IMG/VR virus record: IMGVR_UViG_3300028883_000054
Span: 1 to 58,943 of that record
DNA from: a virus
Taxonomy: Duplodnaviria; Caudoviricetes
Reading direction: 5' to 3' (one strand)
Length of the DNA: 58,943 bases
Notes under the pieces: generated by a model
What the model was told of the DNA's origin: nothing
The model's database searches: none
Seen by the model: only the letters and a program-made list of their open reading frames with translations
Translations under genes and position numbers: made by a program
Shown here: piece by piece, positions 18,077 to 27,249 of the stretch
How the letters are laid out: each line of letters starts with the position of its first letter
How positions within the stretch are numbered: position 1 is the stretch's first letter

Positions 18077-18412
18077 ATGATATCTATTTTGATATTATCC
18101 ATTATTTTAATCATTTATTCTATTTCTATGTATTTAATAAAAAATTACATCGATTTAGAAATTAAGGATGAATTATATTATTTTAAAAACTATGAGAAAA
18201 ACGTGTTTTATAGTATCCTAATGGTTTCTATTATTTGTTTTTTATTATTCAATATAATCGATCAAATTATTCATACTAATTTAGCGTTTAATATATTTCA
18301 AGGATTATTAGCTATTTCGGCTTATGGAATCATATATATAAAATTAATTAAATTGTATGGTATTGTTTATGAAATGAGTAAAAAACACAAAGGGGAAAAG
18401 GACAAACCATGA
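18077..18412 (+). CDS. three-TM membrane protein
   Basis: three hydrophobic segments; GAGG RBS. Confidence 0.65.
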   Translation: MISILILSIILIIYSISMYLIKNYIDLEIKDELYYFKNYEKNVFYSILMVSIICFLLFNIIDQIIHTNLAFNIFQGLLAISAYGIIYIKLIKLYGIVYEMSKKHKGEKDKP

Positions 18413-18765
18413 TAAAGAGAACAGAAAGAGGATGGCCGGGACATTTTATCCTTGCTGACCTTTGCAATTTTCGACGTAATACTTTAATTGAAAAAGAAGA
18501 TATAAAAATAATTATATCAACGATCGGGGCTATGAAACGTGATGATAATTATTTGGAAATAAGACATGATGTATTTTATGAGACGCTGGTTTTTTATGCA
18601 AAGCGTCAGGATAACTACTGGGAAATAGATCCTGCAAAACAGATTTTTATTGACACAGGATATTTTATTTATAATATAGGTGAAAATACAGATTTACAAG
18701 CGAATAAAATGCACGAAGATATTGTCAATATTATCGTTTGTAAATTAGAAGCGGGAGAGTTATGA
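18409..18765 (+). CDS. hypothetical phage protein
   Basis: RTERGWPGHFI...C.FRRNTL motif; ATGA overlap. Confidence 0.7.
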   Translation: MIKRTERGWPGHFILADLCNFRRNTLIEKEDIKIIISTIGAMKRDDNYLEIRHDVFYETLVFYAKRQDNYWEIDPAKQIFIDTGYFIYNIGENTDLQANKMHEDIVNIIVCKLEAGEL

Positions 18766-18802
18766 TAAATTAAGTCAAAAAAGATATATAGAAAGGGATA
18801 AG

Positions 18803-19018
18803 ATGGAGAAATTAGTTAGACTTAAAAAAGATATTATTGTAAAAAAATCTGGTAACAATCTAAATAATACTGTATGGAAAAAAGATACTCTTATGATTGA
18901 GAGCGGGAAAATGCCGGGATTGTTTTATAATCTTCTTGTAAGTGACATATATGTAAAATTATCAAAAGATGATTATAATGAAATCACAAATTATTATAAA
19001 ATAGAGATATGTAAGTAA
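18803..19018 (+). CDS. hypothetical protein
   Basis: ORF in operon. Confidence 0.55.
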   Translation: MEKLVRLKKDIIVKKSGNNLNNTVWKKDTLMIESGKMPGLFYNLLVSDIYVKLSKDDYNEITNYYKIEICK

Positions 19019-19028
19019 GGAGTCTGAA

Positions 19029-19280
19029 ATGAGCGATTTTTTACATATCGATCAAAACGGGGGAAAATGGGAGCTAACCAACATGACAACGAGACATCTA
19101 AAAAACGTATTGGCTCTTCTCCGCCGAAGAGCAAGCGAGGGCGTTAAAATAGAATTTGGTTGCCATGATTTTGGGAATAATCCGTATTATGATATAGATT
19201 ATCTTTATGGTAATGATGCTCTTAAACACCTTAATTATCAAAAATATGAAAATGAATTAATTCGGAGGAGAAAATTATGA
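19029..19280 (+). CDS. hypothetical phage protein
   Basis: MTTRHL.N...ELIRR motif; AAGGAG RBS. Confidence 0.65.
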   Translation: MSDFLHIDQNGGKWELTNMTTRHLKNVLALLRRRASEGVKIEFGCHDFGNNPYYDIDYLYGNDALKHLNYQKYENELIRRRKL

Positions 19281-19618
19281 TAATTAATATCCTAAAAGAA
19301 ATTAATAGCAATGCAGCTACGGGGATAAATGATGGGAAAAAAATCTTTAATGTAACAAATAGAGCTTTAAAAGATGGTAAGAACGTCATACTTGATTTTA
19401 AAAAAATTAAATTTATCTCACCGACATTCTTAAACATAGCTATTGGGAGATTATATGGGATATATGAGAAGTCCTTTTTGTCGAGTAATTTAAAAGTAGT
19501 TCATATGAATAATAATGATTTAATAATGCTGAATAGAGTTATTAAAAACGCTAACGAATATATAGATAAGTTAGCTAAAGAATATCTTGATAGGTTTATG
19601 AATTGGCTTAGTGGATAA
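19277..19618 (+). CDS. STAS-like DUF4325 protein
   Basis: DG..IF...V.LDF..I..ISPTFLN.AIG.LY. Confidence 0.8.
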   Translation: MIINILKEINSNAATGINDGKKIFNVTNRALKDGKNVILDFKKIKFISPTFLNIAIGRLYGIYEKSFLSSNLKVVHMNNNDLIMLNRVIKNANEYIDKLAKEYLDRFMNWLSG

Positions 19619-19762
19619 AATTAAGGGAAAGATGTAAATTATGATAATTTTAACAAAAATATTATTAATCTTGGCGGAAATAATCCTGACAATTTGTGTT
19701 CTGATATTAGGATTATCTTTATCGATTTTAATAAAATACTTACTTAAGAACAGGAGTAAATC

Positions 19763-20020
19763 ATGGAACGTAAATTAAATGATGGGAGAATAGAAATATA
19801 CGAGAGTGAAACTCGGGGAAGATGCAGATACTGTAAAAGAGATATAATTAGAGTAAATGGAAGCAATCAGACTCTAAATAAAGATAAAACTCGATATCGT
19901 TATCCCAATAATATGTCGTCATGGTGCATTTTTCGATGTAAGTGTGATGCAGTTATTTCGTGTTCATTCATAGAGGGGAATACGAAAATGGATGAAATAG
20001 AGAGGAGAAATAAATCATGA
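19763..20020 (+). CDS. hypothetical Zn-binding protein
   Basis: CRYC...C.C; AGGAG RBS. Confidence 0.55.
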   Translation: MERKLNDGRIEIYESETRGRCRYCKRDIIRVNGSNQTLNKDKTRYRYPNNMSSWCIFRCKCDAVISCSFIEGNTKMDEIERRNKS

Positions 20021-20298
20021 AAAACTTATTTAAAGTTTTTGTCTGTATTATAATTATTGTATTAATTTTAGGTTGTGACATGCTATCGCCGGATGAATAT
20101 TGCGGCGAGATCGTCGGAAAGTATCAACAGATCGATAAAACATATACGGTTACATTGCGGCTGGACCAAGAGGAACTTGAATATATAGTGATCGCTGTAT
20201 CAAAGGCGGTCTATACGAACTCAATGACATTCGGGATCGGCGATGTCGCCTGTTTTCCGAAAAGTGATGAATACAGACCTAAAAAAAATATTTTATAA
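20017..20298 (+). CDS. putative lipoprotein
   Basis: hydrophobic leader ending ILG-C lipobox. Confidence 0.65.
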   Translation: MKNLFKVFVCIIIIVLILGCDMLSPDEYCGEIVGKYQQIDKTYTVTLRLDQEELEYIVIAVSKAVYTNSMTFGIGDVACFPKSDEYRPKKNIL

Positions 20299-20341
20299 AA
20301 ATAATGAAATAACTTAAAAATTAAAAAACTGGAGAAATAAT

Positions 20342-20767
20342 ATGGAAATAAGGCATAGAGGTTTTAGCAAGGAATTAAAAACGTGGATTTATGGATATTA
20401 TGTAAAATGCCGGAATAAACATTACATCCTTGAGGAACGTGATGAGCGTGGGTTTGATGAGCGTTGGTCTGAGTGGGTAGAAGTTTACCCAGACTCAATA
20501 CAACAGTATATAGGGATTGATTTATATTATGACCCCTTGTTTGAGGGAGATATCCTCCGAGTATATACTTATTACGATAAAAAAGAACCGGCGCTGAGTG
20601 AATACACTGACCATAGAATAGAATATTGCGGGGGAAGAAATTATCCGGCATTTGAGTTGAAGCCTGAGATAGAGAATTGTGAATGCAATGGCATTTCATA
20701 TATAAAGGGCTCGAATGCAATTGCTCGGGTGGAAGTTATTGGGACTTTTTATCAAAACAAGAAATAA
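20342..20767 (+). CDS. YopX-family protein
   Basis: MEI..RG...W.YG, QYIG.D...LFEGDIL, EVIG motifs. Confidence 0.85.
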   Translation: MEIRHRGFSKELKTWIYGYYVKCRNKHYILEERDERGFDERWSEWVEVYPDSIQQYIGIDLYYDPLFEGDILRVYTYYDKKEPALSEYTDHRIEYCGGRNYPAFELKPEIENCECNGISYIKGSNAIARVEVIGTFYQNKK

Positions 20768-20787
20768 ATCATAAGGACTTTAACATT

Positions 20788-21042
20788 ATGCGAAAAATAA
20801 TAAAAGAGACCCGACCGGTTAAATTCAAGCAAGCCAATGCAGAATTAACCAAAAACAATGAAATATCAATGCCTGTTTATATTGATCATGAAATAGGTTG
20901 TATTATTTCCTGCTGGAAAATGCCTTTCATAAGAAGGCTAAAAGTCTTATTTACCGGCAGGATCTGGCTGAATGTCCTATCTAAGAAGCATCCGCTTCTT
21001 TACATTGAGAGTTCAGTTTTTGAAAATAAAAGAAGGGACTAA
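20788..21042 (+). CDS. hypothetical phage protein
   Basis: PV.F..AN...ISCWK...RL..LFTGRIWL motif. Confidence 0.7.
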   Translation: MRKIIKETRPVKFKQANAELTKNNEISMPVYIDHEIGCIISCWKMPFIRRLKVLFTGRIWLNVLSKKHPLLYIESSVFENKRRD

Positions 21043-21049
21043 ATTAAAA

Positions 21050-21379
21050 ATGAAAACATTAATAATATTCTTAATATTGATATCGATACCAGTTTCAATA
21101 TCCTCTCAAGACATAAATTATGATTATGCCGTTATTGATACGACAACGTCTATTTCTTGGTCGGGCTATTATGCAATAAATTTCGGAAATACAAGGTTAA
21201 TTTTTAGAAATGATTCTTTATTAGTAGAAACGACCGATAAAATGGACCAAGCGGCAGAAGATTTTCTAAAAGTGTTAAGCAATATATATTACTCAAAAAT
21301 AGATAGTTTAAGGGGAGAAATAAGAAAATTAAAACAGGAGAAAAACCATGACAGTAAAAGAATGCGCAGAAATATGTAA
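21050..21379 (+). CDS. secreted hypothetical protein
   Basis: signal peptide MKTLIIFLILISIPVSISS-Q. Confidence 0.65.
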   Translation: MKTLIIFLILISIPVSISSQDINYDYAVIDTTTSISWSGYYAINFGNTRLIFRNDSLLVETTDKMDQAAEDFLKVLSNIYYSKIDSLRGEIRKLKQEKNHDSKRMRRNM

Positions 21380-21974
21380 CGGGATGGATATTGATACTGG
21401 GGGATTTCATAGAGATTTTATCAAAAAAATAGCTGAAAATAATCTTGTTATCGTCTTTGGAGAATCTGATGATTTATGTGAATTCCGGGGGGCTATTTTT
21501 GATGAAATAGGTTGTTACAGTGGGGCAACAATTTCATTAAATAATAAAGGCAAAATTTTTGAAAATTTGTGCGAGAATGAAGATTGTCCATATTTTTTTG
21601 AAATGGCTGAAAATGCCCAATATAAAATAACGATAACGCCTAATTGTGACGGAGAATATTTTTGGACAATTGACACTAATATCCCCCATGAGACATTTGA
21701 TATTTTAGCTGATGGGGAAAAATATTGTAAAGGTATTGTTTTTTCTTTAAATGATATTAGACGACCAAAAGAAAAAAAACCAGCCATTATTTGGCACAAA
21801 TGGCCGGAGGAAAAACCGGAAAATGACGGGCGATATCTAATTTACTATGAAGCCGGCCATACAAGAAGCTGTTTTATCGGCGATTACACAGCATTTGAAG
21901 ATAGATGGCTAAGCATTAATTCTGCTATCATTCGTATGTGGGCAGAAATCGATAAACCTGAAAACGTAGAATAA
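21348..21974 (+). CDS. phage protein with C-terminal DUF551-like domain
   Basis: LVIVFG.SDDL.EFRGA N-domain; WHKWPEEKP...G.YL...W. Confidence 0.7.
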   Translation: MTVKECAEICNGMDIDTGGFHRDFIKKIAENNLVIVFGESDDLCEFRGAIFDEIGCYSGATISLNNKGKIFENLCENEDCPYFFEMAENAQYKITITPNCDGEYFWTIDTNIPHETFDILADGEKYCKGIVFSLNDIRRPKEKKPAIIWHKWPEEKPENDGRYLIYYEAGHTRSCFIGDYTAFEDRWLSINSAIIRMWAEIDKPENVE

Positions 21975-22004
21975 AGAAAATTAAATAAATATTAAGGAAT
22001 AACT

Positions 22005-22343
22005 GTGAGAAAAACTGATATAATTATTAGAGTCTCAGTTCCTGATGGATGGGAAAGAATAAAAACGGGGGATTTAGAGAAAGAAGATATGTATTTTTCA
22101 ACTTATTTTTACGGTTGGAGCAAAATCCCAGAAGACTGGATTGGTAAAGAAATAAAAGAATCTTTTGCAATTATCCGGAGAATTAAAATACCTGAAGGGT
22201 GGAAGCGTATTAAAACGGGAGAAAAGCTAATTCATGGAGATAGGTATTGGTCGGAATTAAGCCGACTTTGGATAAATGTAGTTATATATCCTGAACCTGA
22301 TAATCATGTAAAAGAGGATGAATTCTGTATTAGGAAAAAATAA
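22005..22343 (+). CDS. protein of two tandem P.GW.RIKTG domains
   Basis: VPDGWERIKTGD / IPEGWKRIKTGE internal duplication. Confidence 0.7.
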   Translation: MRKTDIIIRVSVPDGWERIKTGDLEKEDMYFSTYFYGWSKIPEDWIGKEIKESFAIIRRIKIPEGWKRIKTGEKLIHGDRYWSELSRLWINVVIYPEPDNHVKEDEFCIRKK

Positions 22344-22373
22344 TCATTAAATAATTTTTACAGGAGAAGAATA

Positions 22374-22850
22374 ATGGAAATAGAAAATTTAAACGTAAGG
22401 ATAACTGTAGAAGAATATCTTAACCTTCAACTTAATCAGGAAAAATTAAATCGTCTTGAAGCTGGTGGCGTGGATAATTGGGAAGGATACGAAGATTCTT
22501 TAAATTTACCTTCAGATTCTCTTAAAGATTATGAAATATCAAACAAAGAGAAATTAATAGAAAGTGGGAAAATCGAGATAATATCTTTCGATTTTATCCA
22601 AAGGATTAAAAATAATATAAAACCTATGAAAACAGAATTAATCCAGTTAGAATTTAATAAAGAAAATAAGAAATTGATATTTAGTTTTCTTGAAAATGAA
22701 GATATAACTTCAAAAAAGATGTATTTTTATTTAATCCAAATTATTATGAATGTCATAAATGGTTTTATAGAGATGTTTGATACTACAATTCAAATTAATT
22801 TTGTCAGGAAAAATAATTCAGGTGGATACTCTGTAATTGAAGAAAGATAA
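22374..22850 (+). CDS. hypothetical phage protein
   Basis: LEAGGVDNWEGY motif; AGGAG RBS. Confidence 0.7.
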   Translation: MEIENLNVRITVEEYLNLQLNQEKLNRLEAGGVDNWEGYEDSLNLPSDSLKDYEISNKEKLIESGKIEIISFDFIQRIKNNIKPMKTELIQLEFNKENKKLIFSFLENEDITSKKMYFYLIQIIMNVINGFIEMFDTTIQINFVRKNNSGGYSVIEER

Positions 22851-22898
22851 GTATTTAAAAATTACTTAATAACTCAGAAGAGCGAGGGGAAATATTAA

Positions 22899-23123
22899 AT
22901 GAGAGTGAATATTAATTTAACAGAACAATGTCCTTACTGCAATTCAGAAATTGAAGTCTCAAATATAAATGGTTTATTATTCTGTTATTGGATCCATTGC
23001 ACTAATGAAAAATGTATATTCAATGACAGGGGAATGATGTTTGAAAATACTGATTTGTCAGAATTAAGAATAAAATGGACTCAATTTTGTACTACAAAAC
23101 AACTTGAAATGCCGTTCGCATAA
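22899..23123 (+). CDS. Lar-like Zn-ribbon protein
   Basis: CPYC...I.C...C...W. Confidence 0.55.
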   Translation: MRVNINLTEQCPYCNSEIEVSNINGLLFCYWIHCTNEKCIFNDRGMMFENTDLSELRIKWTQFCTTKQLEMPFA

Positions 23124-23174
23124 TTGATAATATGCGAATTAATTATTATAATTAATAATAATAAGGGTAATATC

Positions 23175-23360
23175 ATGGATAAAGAAATTAAAATACCTAA
23201 TGGATGGGTAAAAATGAAAAACACAAAAAACAGAAGGATATTAAACGGGGATCAAGTCTATAACTATGGAAAAAAAGAATTTGAAAAAGTTACGGATGAA
23301 ATAAAACCATACATAACCAGTTTTTCGATCGTCATTAGAAAAATAGATAAGATAATATAA
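23175..23360 (+). CDS. P.GW family small protein
   Basis: IPNGW...NGD...IVIRKI. Confidence 0.55.
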   Translation: MDKEIKIPNGWVKMKNTKNRRILNGDQVYNYGKKEFEKVTDEIKPYITSFSIVIRKIDKII

Positions 23361-23381
23361 TCGAGAAGAAAGAAATACATT

Positions 23382-23603
23382 ATGGCTGATTATAAGAATC
23401 AAAAATTTTACTGGTTTCTAATTGTTTACATGCTTCAGGCGAAGAACGGGGATATCGTTTTTACGTCAAAGATTATTAATAATACAAAAAAGAGATTAAC
23501 AAAAAAACTCCTCGAGGGCAACGAAAATAACATGACTGCGATTATCAATATATCATATTTAGGTTATATGACCGAACCTGAATATATTAAATCTCATTTT
23601 TAA
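23382..23603 (+). CDS. hypothetical phage protein
   Basis: IINISYLGYMT..E motif. Confidence 0.65.
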   Translation: MADYKNQKFYWFLIVYMLQAKNGDIVFTSKIINNTKKRLTKKLLEGNENNMTAIINISYLGYMTEPEYIKSHF

Positions 23604-23610
23604 AAAAAAC

Positions 23611-23639
23611 TTGACTTTATTCAAATAATTTTGTATTAT
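23611..23639 (+). promoter_or_regulatory. sigma70-type promoter with no downstream ORF
   Basis: TTGACT-17-TATTAT. Confidence 0.7.
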
Positions 23640-23644
23640 TAGTA

Positions 23645-23762
23645 TGAACGACTGAAAGCGTGAATGCGTCGTAGGTCGTGTTCCTTATAAAGTTAAAAAT
23701 CTTATTTGGTGGTATAAGCGGAATAAAAAGGCGACCAGAGTAAATCATGGCCGCCTTTTTTT
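23645..23762 (+). ncRNA. candidate small RNA (~118 nt)
   Basis: promoter, two hairpins and terminator; the first ATG reads M-N-D-stop. Confidence 0.5.
23725..23762. terminator. bidirectional intrinsic terminator between the two arms
   Basis: AAAAA-GGCGACCA-loop-TGGCCGCC-TTTTTTT. Confidence 0.8.
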
Positions 23763-23784
23763 GGTGAGGAGAGAGGGCTAATTT

Positions 23785-24420
23785 TTATTTCATTTTCTGT
23801 ATTCGTGCATTTAGCGCATCTACTTTTTCCGCTAAAACTTCATCATTCTTACTTAACGCTGCCAAAATTTTCAAAATTAGTCGCCAGAACCTTAAGACCA
23901 ATTCAGCGGCTTCTTCAACTATGTTTTCAACGTCCTCATCTTCTACATCGAACTTTTGAATTTCAGGACGAAGATATTCATTTAATTCGAAATCTTCCAT
24001 ATCTTCTATTTCGTCCGGGATCTCAGAAATACCTCTGATAGCATCGCCAAGCTTCATGAACGGTTGGAATAAATTTGTCAAGACCTGCATCCAATTCCAT
24101 CTCTCTTTTATTGCTTTGACCATCGTTTCAATTAACGACATAATAAAAGCAATAAATTCTTGTGTTTCTTTTACGTTATACATAATCCATTCTCCTGTTT
24201 TTGAGTTAAAATTCTCCTCACTCTTTTTCTTTTTATAGTGCTTTATGCCTTTGTGCGTAATCCCACCAATAAAAGCCGTTACTCCGATCATTAGGACTTT
24301 CTCCGCTGCTGGAGCGGTAACTGGATTCAATAACATTAAGAGTCCGCCACCAGTAACTATTACTCCCGCAATTGTTTTCCGCCCATCAATCGCTCTCCAT
24401 GCTTTTTTGAAAATATTCAT
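23785..24420 (-). CDS. holin-like two-TM domain fused in frame to an acidic helical domain
   Basis: start moved to 24420; GRKTIAG..two TMs; internal AGGAG+ATG at 24183. Confidence 0.55.
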   Translation of the reverse strand: MNIFKKAWRAIDGRKTIAGVIVTGGGLLMLLNPVTAPAAEKVLMIGVTAFIGGITHKGIKHYKKKKSEENFNSKTGEWIMYNVKETQEFIAFIMSLIETMVKAIKERWNWMQVLTNLFQPFMKLGDAIRGISEIPDEIEDMEDFELNEYLRPEIQKFDVEDEDVENIVEEAAELVLRFWRLILKILAALSKNDEVLAEKVDALNARIQKMK

Positions 24421-24424
24421 AACT

Positions 24425-24823
24425 CTATACCTCACTTTTACCATTCTTGTTTTTATTAAGTTCTTTCCGAATAGATTTAATATCAAAAGTAATTGTTTGC
24501 AGGCAATTACCGTGCTCTGCAATTTTTTTTTCAAGGGAATAGAGTCGATTTGTATGATTTTGAAGTGTAATATCATGCCTTGAAATAATATCCTCGATCT
24601 GGTCTATTTTGTTACAATTCTCTTTCGCAATTGTTTTTAAATCTTGAATAAATGACATAAAAAGTTCTTTTTGTGATTCGAACTTTTCATCAAAATAAGA
24701 TTTGAGCGGAGTGTTAATCATTTTTTTTACTCCGTAAACAAGGACCAATATAGAACCAATAACGCCGGATAAAATTGTAAGATAATGACAAATTTCTTTG
24801 ATTATTTCTGTATAATTTATCAT
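24425..24823 (-). CDS. single-TM coiled-coil protein (holin/lysis-associated candidate)
   Basis: N-terminal TM plus heptads; position after tail genes. Confidence 0.55.
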   Translation of the reverse strand: MINYTEIIKEICHYLTILSGVIGSILVLVYGVKKMINTPLKSYFDEKFESQKELFMSFIQDLKTIAKENCNKIDQIEDIISRHDITLQNHTNRLYSLEKKIAEHGNCLQTITFDIKSIRKELNKNKNGKSEV

Positions 24824-24831
24824 CCACGCCC

Positions 24832-25242
24832 CTATGGAGTATTAGTTTTGACGAATACCAATGTAATTTCATTAATAACCCGCCTTGATTTATAATAATT
24901 TTTTCTGTATGAATTCCGGTCCATCATTACATAGGTTGACGTCCCGGATGCAATCAAATATTTCCAATAAAGTGTTAGAACTTCGGGCTGCTTTGTCGTT
25001 GAGTCAATCGCATCGAAAAGCGTTTTTGTATCTGTAAGGATCTCCTGAGTAATATTTTTTAATGTAACATAAAAAACGTCAAAATCTTTGCCGATCAAAT
25101 ATTGATGAAAATAATTGTCCTGGTCCCAAAATCGATCGCAATTTTGAACGTGAACCCGTCGAACCTGTTTCACTTCAGTTTGATCAAAATCTATGTTTCC
25201 GCCTGTGTGCGTTATTCTTATCGCTGTCGCCATTATGCCCAT
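24832..25242 (-). CDS. minor tail protein, paralog of 28750..29166
   Basis: shared [LI]Y[WY].YLI...T and L.F end. Confidence 0.55.
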   Translation of the reverse strand: MGIMATAIRITHTGGNIDFDQTEVKQVRRVHVQNCDRFWDQDNYFHQYLIGKDFDVFYVTLKNITQEILTDTKTLFDAIDSTTKQPEVLTLYWKYLIASGTSTYVMMDRNSYRKNYYKSRRVINEITLVFVKTNTP

Positions 25243-26450
25243 GCCTCGTCTTCGTCTTCGATAAATCCGCCTGCCAGTGCTTTGATCGTCACTCGATATC
25301 TATCAAGAAAGTGGCGCGAAACCTCATAAACAAGAGCCTTTGTGAATTGTTCTTTAGGTCTGCCAATATCGATCGTGATCCGGTCGCCGACATCGCTCAT
25401 GATTTCTCTAAAATGACATTCCGCTGTAATAAGTACCAATCCGTTCTTGTGAATCGAGTGAAATCTTTGTGCAACAATATTCGACATATCGGTCGTATAT
25501 CCTGACACCTGATCCGCACCGATCTCCCAATCACCGATACGATACTGCCATTCATAGTCCGTGTCAAATGCAAAATTAACGTCGCTCGATAAATCGTCTC
25601 CGGTACCATATATATCTGCTGTTGCACCTTTGCAATGGAAATCCTCTGTACCTGCGCCGACGTTGGTAAAATTGTCTGTATCTGTTTTATTCGTGAGTGA
25701 ATTTCCGTTGTCCGGCGCTGTTGCATCACTTGAACAATTATAATCGCTTGCCGCTGCGAAATTTCCTGAGAAATCAGTGTTATAGCATTCAAACACTGCA
25801 TTATTAATCGCCAGAGTCGTTGCCGGATCTGATTTAATACCATCATAGCATTTGTACACAGTGTTATTATATATTATTGCAAGATTCGCATCGTCGATAT
25901 AAATACCCTCTTTATTCGCTGCATTTCTGAATCTATAAATAACATTATTATAAATTGTAATATTCAAATCCGCATCGCCTCCGTAAATTGCATCTTCGCA
26001 GAGCGAATCATCGTCACCGTAAAAGAGGTTATTAAAAATTCTTACGTCGTTAGATGCGTCTTGATCATAGACATAAATACCATATTTGCCTGCCGTTACG
26101 CCGTTATAAGGATGAAACTCACATCCTTCGATTCTTACATAATTTTCGCGTACCTGAATGAACGAATTAAATGTAAAATCGGCTGATCGTGTGAATTTAA
26201 CTCCGGTATTAATTACGCCTGCATGACGTTCTCCGAACGCTGCGTATATATGGATGTAATTACTCGCTCCGGTTGTCCATCCGAATAATGCTGTACTGTC
26301 ATTCAAAAATGCAGAGTCATTGTAAAGCTCAGCCAGTTCGACATAATCATTCGTGACTAAATCAGCCTGTCGTCCGGCCTCCCATGCTGTTAATGTCGAA
26401 TAATCTCGTCCGGCTGCTGATCCGACGGTATATGTATTGACTGCGCCCAT
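25233..26450 (-). CDS. parallel beta-helix (pectin lyase-like) receptor-binding/depolymerase protein
   Basis: DYSTL.AW start; repeated I[FY]NN.[FIV]Y rungs; W.IGAD motif; extra C-terminal ~90 aa. Confidence 0.75.
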   Translation of the reverse strand: MGAVNTYTVGSAAGRDYSTLTAWEAGRQADLVTNDYVELAELYNDSAFLNDSTALFGWTTGASNYIHIYAAFGERHAGVINTGVKFTRSADFTFNSFIQVRENYVRIEGCEFHPYNGVTAGKYGIYVYDQDASNDVRIFNNLFYGDDDSLCEDAIYGGDADLNITIYNNVIYRFRNAANKEGIYIDDANLAIIYNNTVYKCYDGIKSDPATTLAINNAVFECYNTDFSGNFAAASDYNCSSDATAPDNGNSLTNKTDTDNFTNVGAGTEDFHCKGATADIYGTGDDLSSDVNFAFDTDYEWQYRIGDWEIGADQVSGYTTDMSNIVAQRFHSIHKNGLVLITAECHFREIMSDVGDRITIDIGRPKEQFTKALVYEVSRHFLDRYRVTIKALAGGFIEDEDEAWA

Positions 26451-27241
26451 TAGCTTGATTTCTCTTTAATAATGGCTTTGCTTAATTTTGTAATAAATCT
26501 ATTATAAAATGGTATGCGTCGATCATGGACTATATTTAAAAGCGTTGTGTCCGTATTGATATATCCTTTATTGAATAAAAATAATAAATATTTTTTCATT
26601 TTCTCCGGCGCGACATCGCTTTGAAATATCTGTTTCGCCGTATAATTAAGTTGCAAATCAGATGATTTTGAAATATAATCAATATAATATTTTCGCTTTT
26701 TAACTATTGCATTTTTTTTAATAATTGGATCTTTGAGACCTTGAATAATCCTGTCATCCCGATTAAATTCACTGTCAGGAATATAAACAGGCAAAAAATT
26801 ACGAAGCTCTTCTTTCCCCCAATTCCAGCATTCATATATTCGACGGTCCGAAAATTCTTGAAATTCATTCATGAATGAAAAATATTTTATCATGTCAGAA
26901 ATATTTTCTGTCGTGATAGGAAATGTGATTTTTTTTACAGGTTGATCGACGGATCTTAATATATTCGATTGTGCCAATGCTTTTCTGAAATTCTCTACTG
27001 GTTCAGGATCTTCAGTGATCGATCCGTCGTAATGGATGATAAGTCTGCGATAATATTTCTTATAAAGTTTCGGTATAAATGGAATGTTCCTGCCATGTGT
27101 ACCACGCACCAACATATCAAACCAGCTATAACTTATATGTTGATCCGATACCGCTTCGATAATATCGCCTTGCTCAAATTCTTTTGACGGATCGATTTTT
27201 TTTGAATTTACTTCTTTTGAATATATTAAAAGCTCAGCCAT
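26450..27241 (-). CDS. hypothetical tail-region protein
   Basis: MAELLI...GDII start; coupled to beta-helix gene. Confidence 0.65.
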   Translation of the reverse strand: MAELLIYSKEVNSKKIDPSKEFEQGDIIEAVSDQHISYSWFDMLVRGTHGRNIPFIPKLYKKYYRRLIIHYDGSITEDPEPVENFRKALAQSNILRSVDQPVKKITFPITTENISDMIKYFSFMNEFQEFSDRRIYECWNWGKEELRNFLPVYIPDSEFNRDDRIIQGLKDPIIKKNAIVKKRKYYIDYISKSSDLQLNYTAKQIFQSDVAPEKMKKYLLFLFNKGYINTDTTLLNIVHDRRIPFYNRFITKLSKAIIKEKSS

Positions 27242-27249
27242 AATACTCC

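Noticed and set aside
24421-24576. N-terminal extension of 23785..24576 from the ORF track
   Set aside because: Overlaps 24425..24823 by about 150 nt; ATG 24420 has a GAGGT RBS
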